NCBI RefSeq assembly: GCF_006345805.1
Contig: NW_021823729.1
Span: forward strand, 1 to 21,422
Reading direction: 5' to 3'
DNA from: Octopus sinensis
Lineage: Eukaryota
DNA: 21,422 bases
Shown: positions 10,115 through 19,910 of the stretch, in pieces
How the letters are laid out: each line of letters opens with the position of its first letter
How positions within the stretch are numbered: position 1 is the first letter of the stretch
Notes under the pieces: generated by a model
The model's input: only the letters and a program-made list of their open reading frames with translations
The model's database searches: none
Told to the model about the DNA's origin: nothing
Made by a program: the position numbers and the translations under genes

Positions 10115-10385
10115 ATGTTAAGGAACAGGGAAGGCATCCAACCATTGAATTAATTGAATCTTACCCTTGTCAGCATGGAAAAAGCTGATATAGAAGTGAT
10201 GATGACAATGATGATAGTGATGATCTTGATTATGATGATGATAACGATGGTGGTGGTGGTGGTGGTGGTGGTGGTGGTGTGGTGGTGTTGGTGGTTCGGA
10301 TGATAATGAGTGCTGTAACAAAGGTATTGATGATGATCATGATGGATGATAGTTGTGGTAGTGGTGGTGGTGGTGATGATGATAA
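10115..10385 (+). mobile_element. Degenerate RTE-tailed element end with expanded (GAT)n/(GGT)n tail
   Basis: gggaaggcatccaacc...cagcatggaaaaagctgatat, followed by trinucleotide runs. Confidence 0.6.
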
Positions 10386-10423
10386 AGATAGAAACAGAAC
10401 CGCCTCCTTATATCAACTGACAC

Positions 10424-10456
<33 letters not shown>

Positions 10457-10458
10457 TA

Positions 10459-10540
10459 CAGGGTAAATTGTTGCCATTTTATATTTGTTATTTCACTCAT
10501 GCACATTGTTTGTTTTGGATTCTGTTGTCTACACAGTATA
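10459..10540 (+). mobile_element. Tc1/mariner-type terminus (TA|CAGGGT), partner uncertain
   Basis: tata|cagggtaaattg shares only CAGGGT.A.TTG with the TIR at 11364. It may be a decayed TIR of that element or the end of another family. Confidence 0.4.
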
Positions 10541-10569
10541 GTAGAGTCAATTGGGCATTATATATACAT

Positions 10570-10611
<42 letters not shown>

Positions 10612-10613
<2 letters not shown>

Positions 10614-11364
10614 TCGAGATAGGCACCAGCATTCATTCCCAGCTTCTCAAGCAGCCCAGGAACTGCATCAACTGATTTCATTTGGAGCTCTTGTGGGATG
10701 GAAGACATAACTTCTCAAATTTGCCCTTCAAGTCCCTCCAAAGTTTGGTAGAGTAGACTTGCTCCTTTAACTAACCCCAAAGAAAAAAGCCACAGGGCTT
10801 CTGGTTGGCCAATCATGCAGACCTTGATGACCCATCTATCTCCCAGGGAAGTGGGCATTCAGCCATTCAGGAACAACAATAGAAAAATGTGGAGGAGTGC
10901 CATCTTGCATAAAAATCAAATCTTCAATATTCTTCCAAGTACTAATAACTGGTCAGATTTCATGAGGTACTTTTCAGCATTCATGGTATCGCAAAGGATG
11001 AAAGGACCCACAATCCTGTCCAAAGTCATTCCACTCCATACTTTTATCTTGGACCGATTCTGTATTTTTTCAGAGGTAATATGAGGATCTTCTCCTGCCC
11101 AGTAGTAGCAGTTGTGATGGTTCACAAACCAACCAATGTGAAACACCACTTCATCACTCCAGAGGATATTTTTAAAGACATCAGACCATTCTTCATACCA
11201 TCCAACATCGCCTCCTAAACTCCAAAATAAACTATATGAAAAAAACAACGGAAAATCAATTTCCGTGAATTAAAGAACAAACACAACAAATTTGAGAAAA
11301 AAATCATAGTTAAGAAATAAATTACAAGTATTTTAAAATTGGGAGTTTCTTTTCAATCACCCTG
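10612..11364 (-). mobile_element. Internally deleted Tc1/mariner-superfamily transposon, probably DD41D/rosa-like
   Basis: Minus-strand peptides ILWSDEVVFH, VNHHNCYYW.G.DP, KVWSG...IVGPF, IFMQDGTPPHF, HFPGR*MG, WPTRSP and FFLWG*LKEQVY. TIR TA|CAGGGTGATTGAAAG at 11364. The residues around the third catalytic D and the N-terminal HTH are deleted; restoring DLTPxD would give 41 residues between D2 and D3 (inference). Confidence 0.85.
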
Positions 11365-11424
11365 TATATGTATACACTCACACACATATACACTCACACA
11401 CACATATATGTATATATTGTACAG

Positions 11425-11525
11425 AGGGTAGTGGATATTAATGAAAGGCAAGTTCATTGTCCCTGGAGGGATTTGAACCTGGGATGATAAGTTATAGGGA
11501 GAAAACTAAATATTTGAAAGCCTTT
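11425..11525 (-). mobile_element. Old SINE family D fragment
   Basis: atgaaaggcaagttc...gggatttgaacctggg resembles atgaaaggcaaagtcgacctcggcgaatttgaacc at 20939-20975. Confidence 0.5.
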
Positions 11526-11546
11526 AGTTTTTCATCTTCAATGCCA

Positions 11547-11547
11547 A

Positions 11548-11584
<37 letters not shown>

Positions 11585-11964
11585 GCTACTGCTGCTACTG
11601 CCACCACCACCACCACCACATGACTACCATCTCTACTACTACTGCTATTATCATCACCAGCACCAACACCAACACCACTACCACCCCTATTACAACTACA
11701 TCGACAAAATCAAGCACTACAACTACAACTACAACCACCACCACCATCACCTCCACCACCACCACCACCACCACTACTGCTACCACCACTAACACCATCT
11801 CTTCCACCCACTACAACAACAACTACAACCATCACCATCACCACCACCACTGCTACCACCACCACCATCTCTTCCACCCACTACTACTACTGCTGCAGTA
11901 TGTAGTAGTTGTAGTGGTACTAGTAGTACTATAGTATGTAGTAGTTGTAGTAGTAGTAGTAGTA

Positions 11965-11996
<32 letters not shown>

Positions 11997-12066
11997 ATGA
12001 TGTCTTTATATTATTGAGTATAACAACAATAACCACCACCACCACCACCACCACCACCACCACCTC

Positions 12067-12098
<32 letters not shown>

Positions 12099-12100
12099 AG
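11547..12100. repeat. Compound trinucleotide microsatellite (CTA/CAC/CAA, then GTA, then CAC/CAA)
   Basis: Direct reading; source of the poly-L, -T, -H and -V ORFs. Confidence 0.95.
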
Positions 12101-12715
12101 ACAACAGACTGGAATGTTCTCAGTGTTGGATGCTTTCATTGCCTGCAAGCAGAAAACTGGAGATCATATCAGCTCCTTCCCTCCCTTTATCTTTCTTTTT
12201 CCCTTTTTCATTTTTTTTTTTGCAAAAGCAGGGGTGGGTGGGGGGATGGAGGTGACGAGGGTACAGCATTGTAGAAATTTCAGCTTCAGTATCTGTCGAC
12301 ATCCGATTTAATTGTGTTTAATTGATGGAATATTGGACAGTTTTTCTAATATTAAAATATACTTCACTGTTAATCATATCGAGGTATTAATCATCTTCAC
12401 ACACTTAACATTCATAATTATATATATACCCAGTTATATACAGCCCCTATAGAATATGTTTGTATGTGTGTTTGCATGTGTCTGTGTATGTGTGCTTCTT
12501 TGTGTGTGTGTGTGTGTGTGCATGTGCATGCATGCGTGTGCATGTATGTGTGTGTATATATACACGCACCCATAAATATAAATATAAATGTAAATGCATA
12601 TTTAGATTTGTATATTATAAATATATAAATATGTTCACATGTAATATATATATATACATGCAAGCATCCATCTATATCCCTCCATACATATATACATGTA
12701 TATATATATATATAT

Positions 12716-12788
<73 letters not shown>

Positions 12789-13140
12789 CATCAAATGAAA
12801 TCAAAAACAGAACACAAAGGATGTCACGGTACACATGTTTCAAGCTTTATAAATGAACTGTTCTTACATCATTGTATAATCGACATAAAGGATGGTTTAA
12901 AGCTCTCTTCAGCCGCATGCAATTGCAATACCAAAGATTTACATCACATTATGAAAAATCCGAAAGGTACATTTGGTATTACCCATAATGGTAGGTATAT
13001 TGAGTCTCACTGAGAAAGTATGTTTGTAAATCTTCATAACCAAATTGGTGTGTAGGGTATCGTTGGACTTCGAATCTATTCAACAATCACTCTATATATA
13101 TATGACTGGCTGTGTATGAGTGCATGACTGGCTGTGTATA

Positions 13141-13280
13141 GGTGCAAGACTGAATGTGTGGTAAGTAGCTTGCTTACCAACCACATGGTTCCGGGTTCAG
13201 TCCCACTTCACAGCAACTTGGGCAAATGCCTTCTACTAGAGGCTGACCAAAGCCTTGTGAGTGGATTTGGAAACCCGTTG

Positions 13281-13325
<45 letters not shown>

Positions 13326-13530
13326 GTTTGTGTGTCTGTGTTTGTCCTCCAAACATTGCTTGACAACTGATGCTGGTGTATTTACATGCTTGTAACATAG
13401 TGGTTCGGCAAAAGAGTCCGATAGAATAAGTACTAAGCTTACAAAGAATATGTCCTGGGGTCAATTTGCTCGGCTAAAGGTGGTGCTCCAGCATGGCCAC
13501 AGTCAAATGACTGAAACAAATAAAAGAATA
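13141..13530 (+). mobile_element. SINE family A, full length
   Basis: Colinear with the 8039 copy; head sequence is repeated upstream at 13102-13140. Confidence 0.9.
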
Positions 13531-13544
13531 TATATGCATATATA

Positions 13545-13740
13545 CATGCTCGAAATGAGGAGTAGATGGACTGGCAACAACTGATGAAGGGTCATTCTTT
13601 ATGTTACTTGCCCTGTTTAGCATTTGTTTCTCTTGTTGTTTGTGTACTCTACTCATTTGTTTCCATATTTCATGTAGTTTATAGCTTGTAACACCCTGTA
13701 CCCATATATGCATATATATAATGCATACACCTTGAAGAAA
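13545..13740 (+). mobile_element. Unclassified interspersed repeat, possibly Penelope-like terminal sequence
   Basis: CTGATGAAGGG followed by a T/G-rich tract, similar in layout to the reverse complement of 17454-17625. The classification is from recall only. Confidence 0.3.
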
Positions 13741-13762
13741 ACTCCTCCTCTTATCTTTTAGA

Positions 13763-13794
<32 letters not shown>

Positions 13795-13806
13795 CACACA
13801 CATATA

Positions 13807-14157
13807 GGTGCAGGATTGGCTGTGTGGTAAGTAGCTTGCTTACATGTTACTGGGTTCAGTCCCACTGCATAGTACCTTGGGCAAGTGTCTTCTACAATAG
13901 CCTCAGGTCAACCAAAGCCTTGTGAGTGGATTTGGTAGATGAAAACTGAAAGAAGGTTGTGGTATATATATGTATATCTATGTGTATATATGTTTGTGTA
14001 TCTGTTCCTCACAACATCGCTTGAGAAAAAAGACCAATAGAATAAGTAGTAGGCTTACAAAGAATAAGTCATGGGGTTGATTTGTTCGACTAAAGGCACT
14101 GCTCCAGCATGGCTGCAGTCAAATGACTGAAAAAAATATCAGAATATAAGAATAAAA

Positions 14158-14160
<3 letters not shown>
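13807..14160 (+). mobile_element. SINE family A with small internal deletions
   Basis: ggtgcaggattggctgtgtggtaagtagcttgc...gggttcagtcccactgc...gactgaaa, then a tail. Confidence 0.9.
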
Positions 14161-14209
<49 letters not shown>

Positions 14210-14256
14210 TATATATACATATATATTTATGTATTGTATGTATATATATAATATAT

Positions 14257-14333
<77 letters not shown>

Positions 14334-14363
14334 ATATATTATATATATATATATATATATATA
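14160..14363. repeat. Long (TA)n tract
   Basis: Direct reading. Confidence 0.95.
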
Positions 14364-14773
14364 GGCGCAGGAGTGGCTGTGTGGTAAGTAGCTTGCTAAC
14401 CACCACATGGTTCCTGGTTCAGTCCACTGCCTGGCATCTTGGGCAAGTGTCTTCTGCTATAGCCCCGGGCCGACCAATGCCTTGTGAGTGGATTTGGTAG
14501 ACGGAAACTGAAAGAAGCCTGTCGTATATATGTATATATATTATATATATATGTGGGTCTGTGTTTGTGTATGTATGTTTGTCCCCCTAGCATTGCTTGA
14601 CAACCGATGCTGGTGTGTTTATGTCCCTGTCACTTAGCGGTTTGGCAAAAGAGACCGATAGAATAAGTACTGGGCTTACAAAAAATAAGTCCCGGGGTCG
14701 ATTTGCTCGACTAAAGGCGGTGCTCCAGCATGGCCGCAGTCAAATGACTGAAACAAGTAAAAGAGTAAAAGAG
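14364..14773 (+). mobile_element. SINE family A, full length, CpG-rich (young) copy
   Basis: ggcgcaggagtggctgtgtggtaagtagc...cccggggtcgatttgctcgactaaaggcggtgctccagcatggccgcagtcaaatgactgaaacaagtaaaagagtaaaagag. Confidence 0.93.
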
Positions 14774-15097
14774 TATATATATATATGTTGTATGTATATA
14801 TACATATATGCATACATAAACATATGAGTATGTATGCATGCATATACATTTACTTGTAAGTTTTACTTTGTGTCCTTTTACTGACTGATCAATCGATATG
14901 CGTGTATGCATCGGGATGTTTCTGTGTCTGTGTGCTTGTTTAGAACAATTCTGGATCTTTGTGCATGTTTATATGTAAGTATTTCTGTGTCTGTGTGTTT
15001 GTTTTAAAATCTATATCCATATCTGTCTGTTTGCTTGTATACATGTGTGTTCACGTATATTTGTGAATAAAGTATATTGATTTGTTTGTATATATGC

Positions 15098-15191
<94 letters not shown>

Positions 15192-15375
15192 ATATATATA
15201 CACATATCATGTGTCTTCCTTTCTCCTTCTCCATCCTCTGTCTCCATATCTCTCTCTGTCTATTTATCTACCTATCCATCCATCCATCTGTCCATCTGTC
15301 CATCCATCCATCCATCAATCCATCCATCCATCTATCCATCCATCCATCCATCTGTATGTCTGTCTTCCTGTTTGC

Positions 15376-15440
<65 letters not shown>
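15098..15440. repeat. (TCTA)n / (TCCA)n / (TCTA)n tetranucleotide arrays
   Basis: Direct reading; explains the LSIY and SIHP ORFs. Confidence 0.95.
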
Positions 15441-15442
<2 letters not shown>

Positions 15443-15939
15443 CTGTCTGTCTGTCTATCTATCTGCCTAGCTCTCTGTCTATCTGTCTGTCACCTGTCAT
15501 TCCAGTCCTATAGTCAAAAGTACTCCTGCCAAAACCATTTCCTTCATTTTCTCCAAGCTTAGTGGCTGTATATAAAACTGTTTCATTGCATCCAGAAGAT
15601 CCTTCATTTATATTCAAAGGCAGCAGAGATTTATTGAAAGAGATTTGACTGATATTTCTAGCAAACTGGACAAATTTTTTATAGTGACTTCACCAAGTTC
15701 AGCCTCCTCCCAAATCAACTCTGATCTAGATAAACTTTAATTAAAAGTATTCCACTAATACCCACCTCATTTTCTGTTTGCTCATTGGACAAGCTTGTGC
15801 AGTTGTGGAGTCATTGGACAAGGTTGTTTGGTGTTGCAGATATCTGAGCAAAAGGACAAAGGATTGGTTCTTCAGGTCTCTGGTCCACCCTGTCTTAGGG
15901 CTCCCAGGTGCTGCCTGAACTCCTTTGGTACCAGGATGC

Positions 15940-16480
15940 TTCACGCTGTGACTGCAAAGACCCGACAAATAATGTGAGTTCATGGCTGTCTCCTGCACCA
16001 GTTTCGCATAGCCCCAGCCCATCAAATGTACCTTGGATTGCAGAAAAACCTGCTGTGATTACCTTGGATCGTAGGGCGGCCTGCTGTGCTTGGGGAGACG
16101 TATTGAGTCAAGTACATCAACATCAAAATAAATATCAAATTGAAATTGTAGTTGTGATACCCGTGCTGGTGGCACGTAAAAAGCACCATCCGAACGTGGC
16201 CGATGCCAGCGCCGCCTTGACTGGCTTCTGTGCCGGTGGCACGTAAAAAGCACCAACCGATCATGGCCGATGCAAGCCTCCCCTGGCACCTGTGCCAGTG
16301 GCACGTAAAAAGCACCCACTACACTCACGGAGTGGTTGACGTTAGGAAGGGCATCCAGCTGTAGAAACACTACCAGATCAGACTGGAGCCTGGTGCAGCC
16401 TCCTGGCTTCCCAGACCCCGGTCGAACCATCCAACCCGTGCTAGTATGGAAAACGGACGTTAAATGATGATGATGATGAT
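15940..16480 (+). mobile_element. Long family B non-autonomous retroelement with RTE-type (GAT)n tail
   Basis: CpG-rich; three gtgcc.gtggcacgtaaaaagcacc units; aggaagggcatccagctgtagaaac; ends ggaaaacggacgttaaatgatgatgat. A 31-nt tandem duplication starts at 16030 and 16061. The 5' boundary is approximate. Confidence 0.8.
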
Positions 16481-16519
16481 TTATAGGATTTTGTATTCAA
16501 CTAATGACTATTCTCAGAA

Positions 16520-16822
16520 ACTGGGATGTGTCCTTTTACTGGCATGATTCGGGAGTGCCATATTTGGTCATGCTGTTCGATTTTCCTAGTTAGACCCTGC
16601 TTACCATGTTCTCTTCACTGAGGATCCAACTGGATTGATGGCTCATGTTGATCAACCACATGCCACGTGGTCATGGCAGATGAGGAAATATCTCACAGAG
16701 ATGGAGACTGATCGGAAATTTGCTTGGCAGGTCACCCAGAAGGACCTGGGAATATACCAACGAATAGTGAATGTAGTAACATGCTGCAATGATGCGTACC
16801 CCCACCCCCTGATCTCACCTGA
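16520..16822 (+). pseudogene. RTE-type LINE 3' relic (ORF2 C-terminus and acctga tail)
   Basis: From 16560 one frame reads IFGHAVRFS*LDPAYHVLFTEDPTG...QPHATWSWQM..YL.EM..DRKFAW.V.QKD...Y..IV, matching the FGH..R..DP..R.L...P.G...GRP..TW motif of RTE LINEs; ends cctgatctcacctga. Confidence 0.7.
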
Positions 16823-17453
16823 TAGTGTATCTAAGACTACATTATCCAATGTACTACTGATTCTTGAAAACAGTGACATGGGATTTGGTAGTGATTTTGC
16901 TGATATTTCTTGTAGTTTGATCAAATACATTGTCACCTTTTGTTGATGACACATAAGTTCAAGTGTGGACTGTACTAAAGGCAGATAGAGTCAATCTTGG
17001 CTCAGTCATATAATCCATTTGTCACAGTACTTGCCCTCTGCTGGCAGGTGGCAATATAGCACAGATTTTGGACCTAATCTATATACAAATGATATATTTA
17101 CACCCATTAACTGATTCACCCTCAACCATTGGGTGCTTTTTCATAAAACATTCTTGTATAGAGGGTAAAATGAGAAATATATTCAATATCTAATGTATGT
17201 GTGTGTGTATATATGTGAGTGTGTGTGTATGTATGTAGTTCGATATTTATGTCTATGTACATATGTATGCATGAGTGTGTATGCATAAATAGATAGATAG
17301 ATAGATGAATACATATAAAATTATGTGTTCTTTTTCCTGCGTGTATTTGTGTGTGTGAGTGCGTGTGTGTCTCTCTCTATCTCTCTCTATATATATGTAT
17401 ATATATATTATATATATAATAATATATAATATATATACATATAGATATAGGGA

Positions 17454-17625
17454 GAATTACACACAAAAAAAAAACAAAAGACGAAGACAGTTGGTATAGA
17501 CAACAACAGATGAATTAGTTTACACGCACGGGAATGAAAAAGTCTTTAACATTTCGAGCCTACGCTCTTCCACAGCAAGGAACACAGAAAGAAAAAGGAA
17601 AGAAAATAAAGAATGTGTAGTGGCT
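17454..17625 (-). mobile_element. Probable Penelope-like element terminal repeat carrying a hammerhead-like motif
   Basis: Minus strand reads CTGTGGA-A-GAGC-GTAG-GCTC-GAAA-TGTT-AAAG followed by a T-rich tract. Penelope-like elements are known to carry minimal hammerheads in their terminal repeats. Confidence 0.55.
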
Positions 17626-17640
17626 ATCTATCTATCTATC

Positions 17641-17722
<82 letters not shown>

Positions 17723-17724
17723 AA

Positions 17725-17790
<66 letters not shown>
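17625..17790. repeat. (TCTA)n(TC)n(TA)n compound microsatellite
   Basis: Direct reading. Confidence 0.95.
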
Positions 17791-18178
17791 TATGTCTGAA
17801 ATATATGTCATTTATTAATACATTATAGTGGTGTTGGTTGTATATCTATAACACATGCAAATGCAACCTACAAACACAGCTGTCATAGAATGGGTTAACT
17901 ATACATAAACAAAATGCATACATATACATGAAACAAACACCAGCAAAAAAAACAACAACAAAAAAAACAAACCTATCTATACACATACCCATACGAAGAG
18001 ATAACTATACCTTTTGAATTTCCTACGAAAATTTAACTAGCTAACTAGGTTCAAAGAATATAATTTAGCATTTTTTATTCTTTTTGTATTTTTTTTTATC
18101 TTTACATGTTTTTAAATAAATAATCGAAATTTTTCCTCATTTATTTTCACCTTCAAAATAACTTTTACCTAAGGCTCC

Positions 18179-18256
18179 GTACTGAATTGTCTATGCGTTG
18201 AATTATCTAGTGCCAAATTGTCGGCGCTGAATTATCAGGTACTGAACTGTCGTGGC
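18179..18256. repeat. Five degenerate 13-16 bp tandem units (consensus about gtgctgaattgtcta)
   Basis: gtactgaattgtctat / gcgttgaattatcta / gtgccaaattgtcg / gcgctgaattatcag / gtactgaactgtc. Confidence 0.75.
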
Positions 18257-18278
18257 ATATATATATATATATATATAT

Positions 18279-18313
<35 letters not shown>

Positions 18314-18314
18314 A

Positions 18315-18880
18315 AATACAAAATGGAACAAGAACGCCAAAACAACCGGATATTGAGGTGAAAAAAAAAAGGGACAACAAAACATCCAGATAGACGATAC
18401 AAAGAAAACAAGGACGGATCATTCGGAGCTTTCTTTCCTCAGTCGAGTTGCAGATTATCTTTGCAATTTCGGCAGGTTATACTCGAGATTGCTCCAGTCT
18501 AGCCAGCTCCAAGAAAAATACTGAGCTAAGAGCATTAGATTCCTTGGAAGACAGCAGCGAATGTATGCGAAAACAAGGACGGGAAAAAACGGAGAATGTT
18601 ACACAAATACAAATAACAAGACATAAGAACAGGTGTCTTTCGACTAAGGACGAAATAAATTAAGCTGGAGTGTGTGGAAATAAAGCCTTACGGCAAGGAT
18701 ACAAGATTTCACAAGCATTAACTGAGAGGGTGTGGATACACAGGCAACACACAACACAGAAGGATTCCATTAAGCAAACAACTGGATAAATGTAATGAAG
18801 GTGCTCTTAAAATATTTTTTTAATGGCCAGAAAGTATGACATAAGAAGCGCCATTGACGTATGAGATTCGTGCTGTTTCA
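18315..18880. mobile_element. CpG-rich, A-skewed interspersed repeat, possibly Penelope-related
   Basis: Abrupt compositional change between (TA)n and (TACA)n tracts; internal direct repeats gaaaacaaggacgg at 18404 and 18569; no long ORF. The class assignment is from recall only. Confidence 0.4.
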
Positions 18881-18894
18881 AGTTATATCAGTGT

Positions 18895-19079
18895 TTGGAT
18901 ACATACATGCATACATACATACATACATACATACATACATACATACATACAGATAGACAGACAGACAGACATACACATATATATACAGACAAACAGACAG
19001 ACGGACAGCAGACAGGTAAATATATCATGATCATCACCATTCTTACATTCATGTTCCCATGTTTGCAAGGGCTTTGTGA

Positions 19080-19127
<48 letters not shown>

Positions 19128-19135
19128 ACACAAAA
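18895..19135. repeat. (TACA)n, (CAGA)n and (CA)n microsatellites
   Basis: Direct reading. Confidence 0.9.
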
Positions 19136-19605
19136 TATAGCCGCACACACGCATCCTACACAAATATGCTTTCTGCTATTCTACAGATTACTAGTGAAAA
19201 CTAGTGACTTAAGTGTGCATCTACCAGGCTAATTTCACTCCATAGAATAGCGAGACTTGAAGGCTGCCCTAAGGCACGTTTCACAGATTGACACTTTACA
19301 AAGTGAAATGTCACTTACAAAAGCAGTTTGAGCTTAATTTAACTCTCATTATCACTAATTGAGCTTGAACGCTCAATGCTTTTCTAAGCAACCTTCTTCA
19401 CGATAGACCATTTGACTAATCTACAAGTTGTTAATAATCTTTTGTGGTTAATTTGCAACAGATGTTTTTTTTTCTAATTCTCTATACTGAACACTTAACA
19501 GTTAACATTAATTTGCAAACAAGTTGTTTGCGCACGACAAACATTATTTTGTGCAAATTGTCAGAGTTCTGCAACTGATCTCTTTGTCTTCTGACTTTAT
19601 CTAAC

Positions 19606-19732
19606 CCTCTTATTGTAAGCATGTTCAGACCACCAGGTATTCAGTCTGAGAATAACGTCCTCCCAGCAGTCACAGAGATCTTGTAATATGTCATGGTTAG
19701 GAGATTGTACTGACTTCTCTTCTCTGATTAGG
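19606..19732 (-). other. Candidate minus-strand exon (127 nt; one open frame SLIREEKSVQSPNHDILQDLCDCWEDVILRLNTWWSEHAYNKR)
   Basis: T-rich acceptor (T-tract-atttaatag) and a weak donor AGG|gttaga in unique sequence; protein not recognised. Confidence 0.3.
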
Positions 19733-19910
19733 CTATTAAATAAAAAAAAAACTAGGATGATTTGGTGCATTCTTTTCCTGCAAATACTAACCAATTTATG
19801 TCCAAATTAAACATAAATTTCATTAAGCGCTCCAGTCTGGGTGGGCCGGAAAATTTTAGCGGTACTAACTCTACTCACCTAATTTAATCGTAAAAAGTGG
19901 TCCAGATATA

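Noticed and set aside
13581-13618. CTGATGA-AGGG...CCCT hammerhead half
   Set aside because: The stem is followed by GTTT, not GAAA, so the catalytic core is incomplete.
15766-15843. 78-nt minus-strand exon candidate (YLQHQTTLSNDSTTAQACPMSKQKM)
   Set aside because: Splice sites are plausible, but it contains a 29-nt-period repeat (tcattggacaag at 15782 and 15811) that is out of frame, and the peptide is unrecognisable.
16163-16316. Repeat-spacer pattern superficially like a CRISPR array
   Set aside because: Only three units, the spacers are related to each other, it is embedded in a eukaryotic retroelement, and there are no cas genes.
19188-19207. Small GAAA-tetraloop hairpin and other 6-8 bp hairpins (3074-3089, 10066-10100, 19358-19378)
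   Set aside because: Too short to exceed chance in AT-rich DNA.
19601-19608. CTAACCCT, a telomerase-RNA-template-like 8-mer
   Set aside because: No telomerase-type pseudoknot, CR4/5 or H/ACA domain downstream; an 8-mer is expected by chance at this scale.
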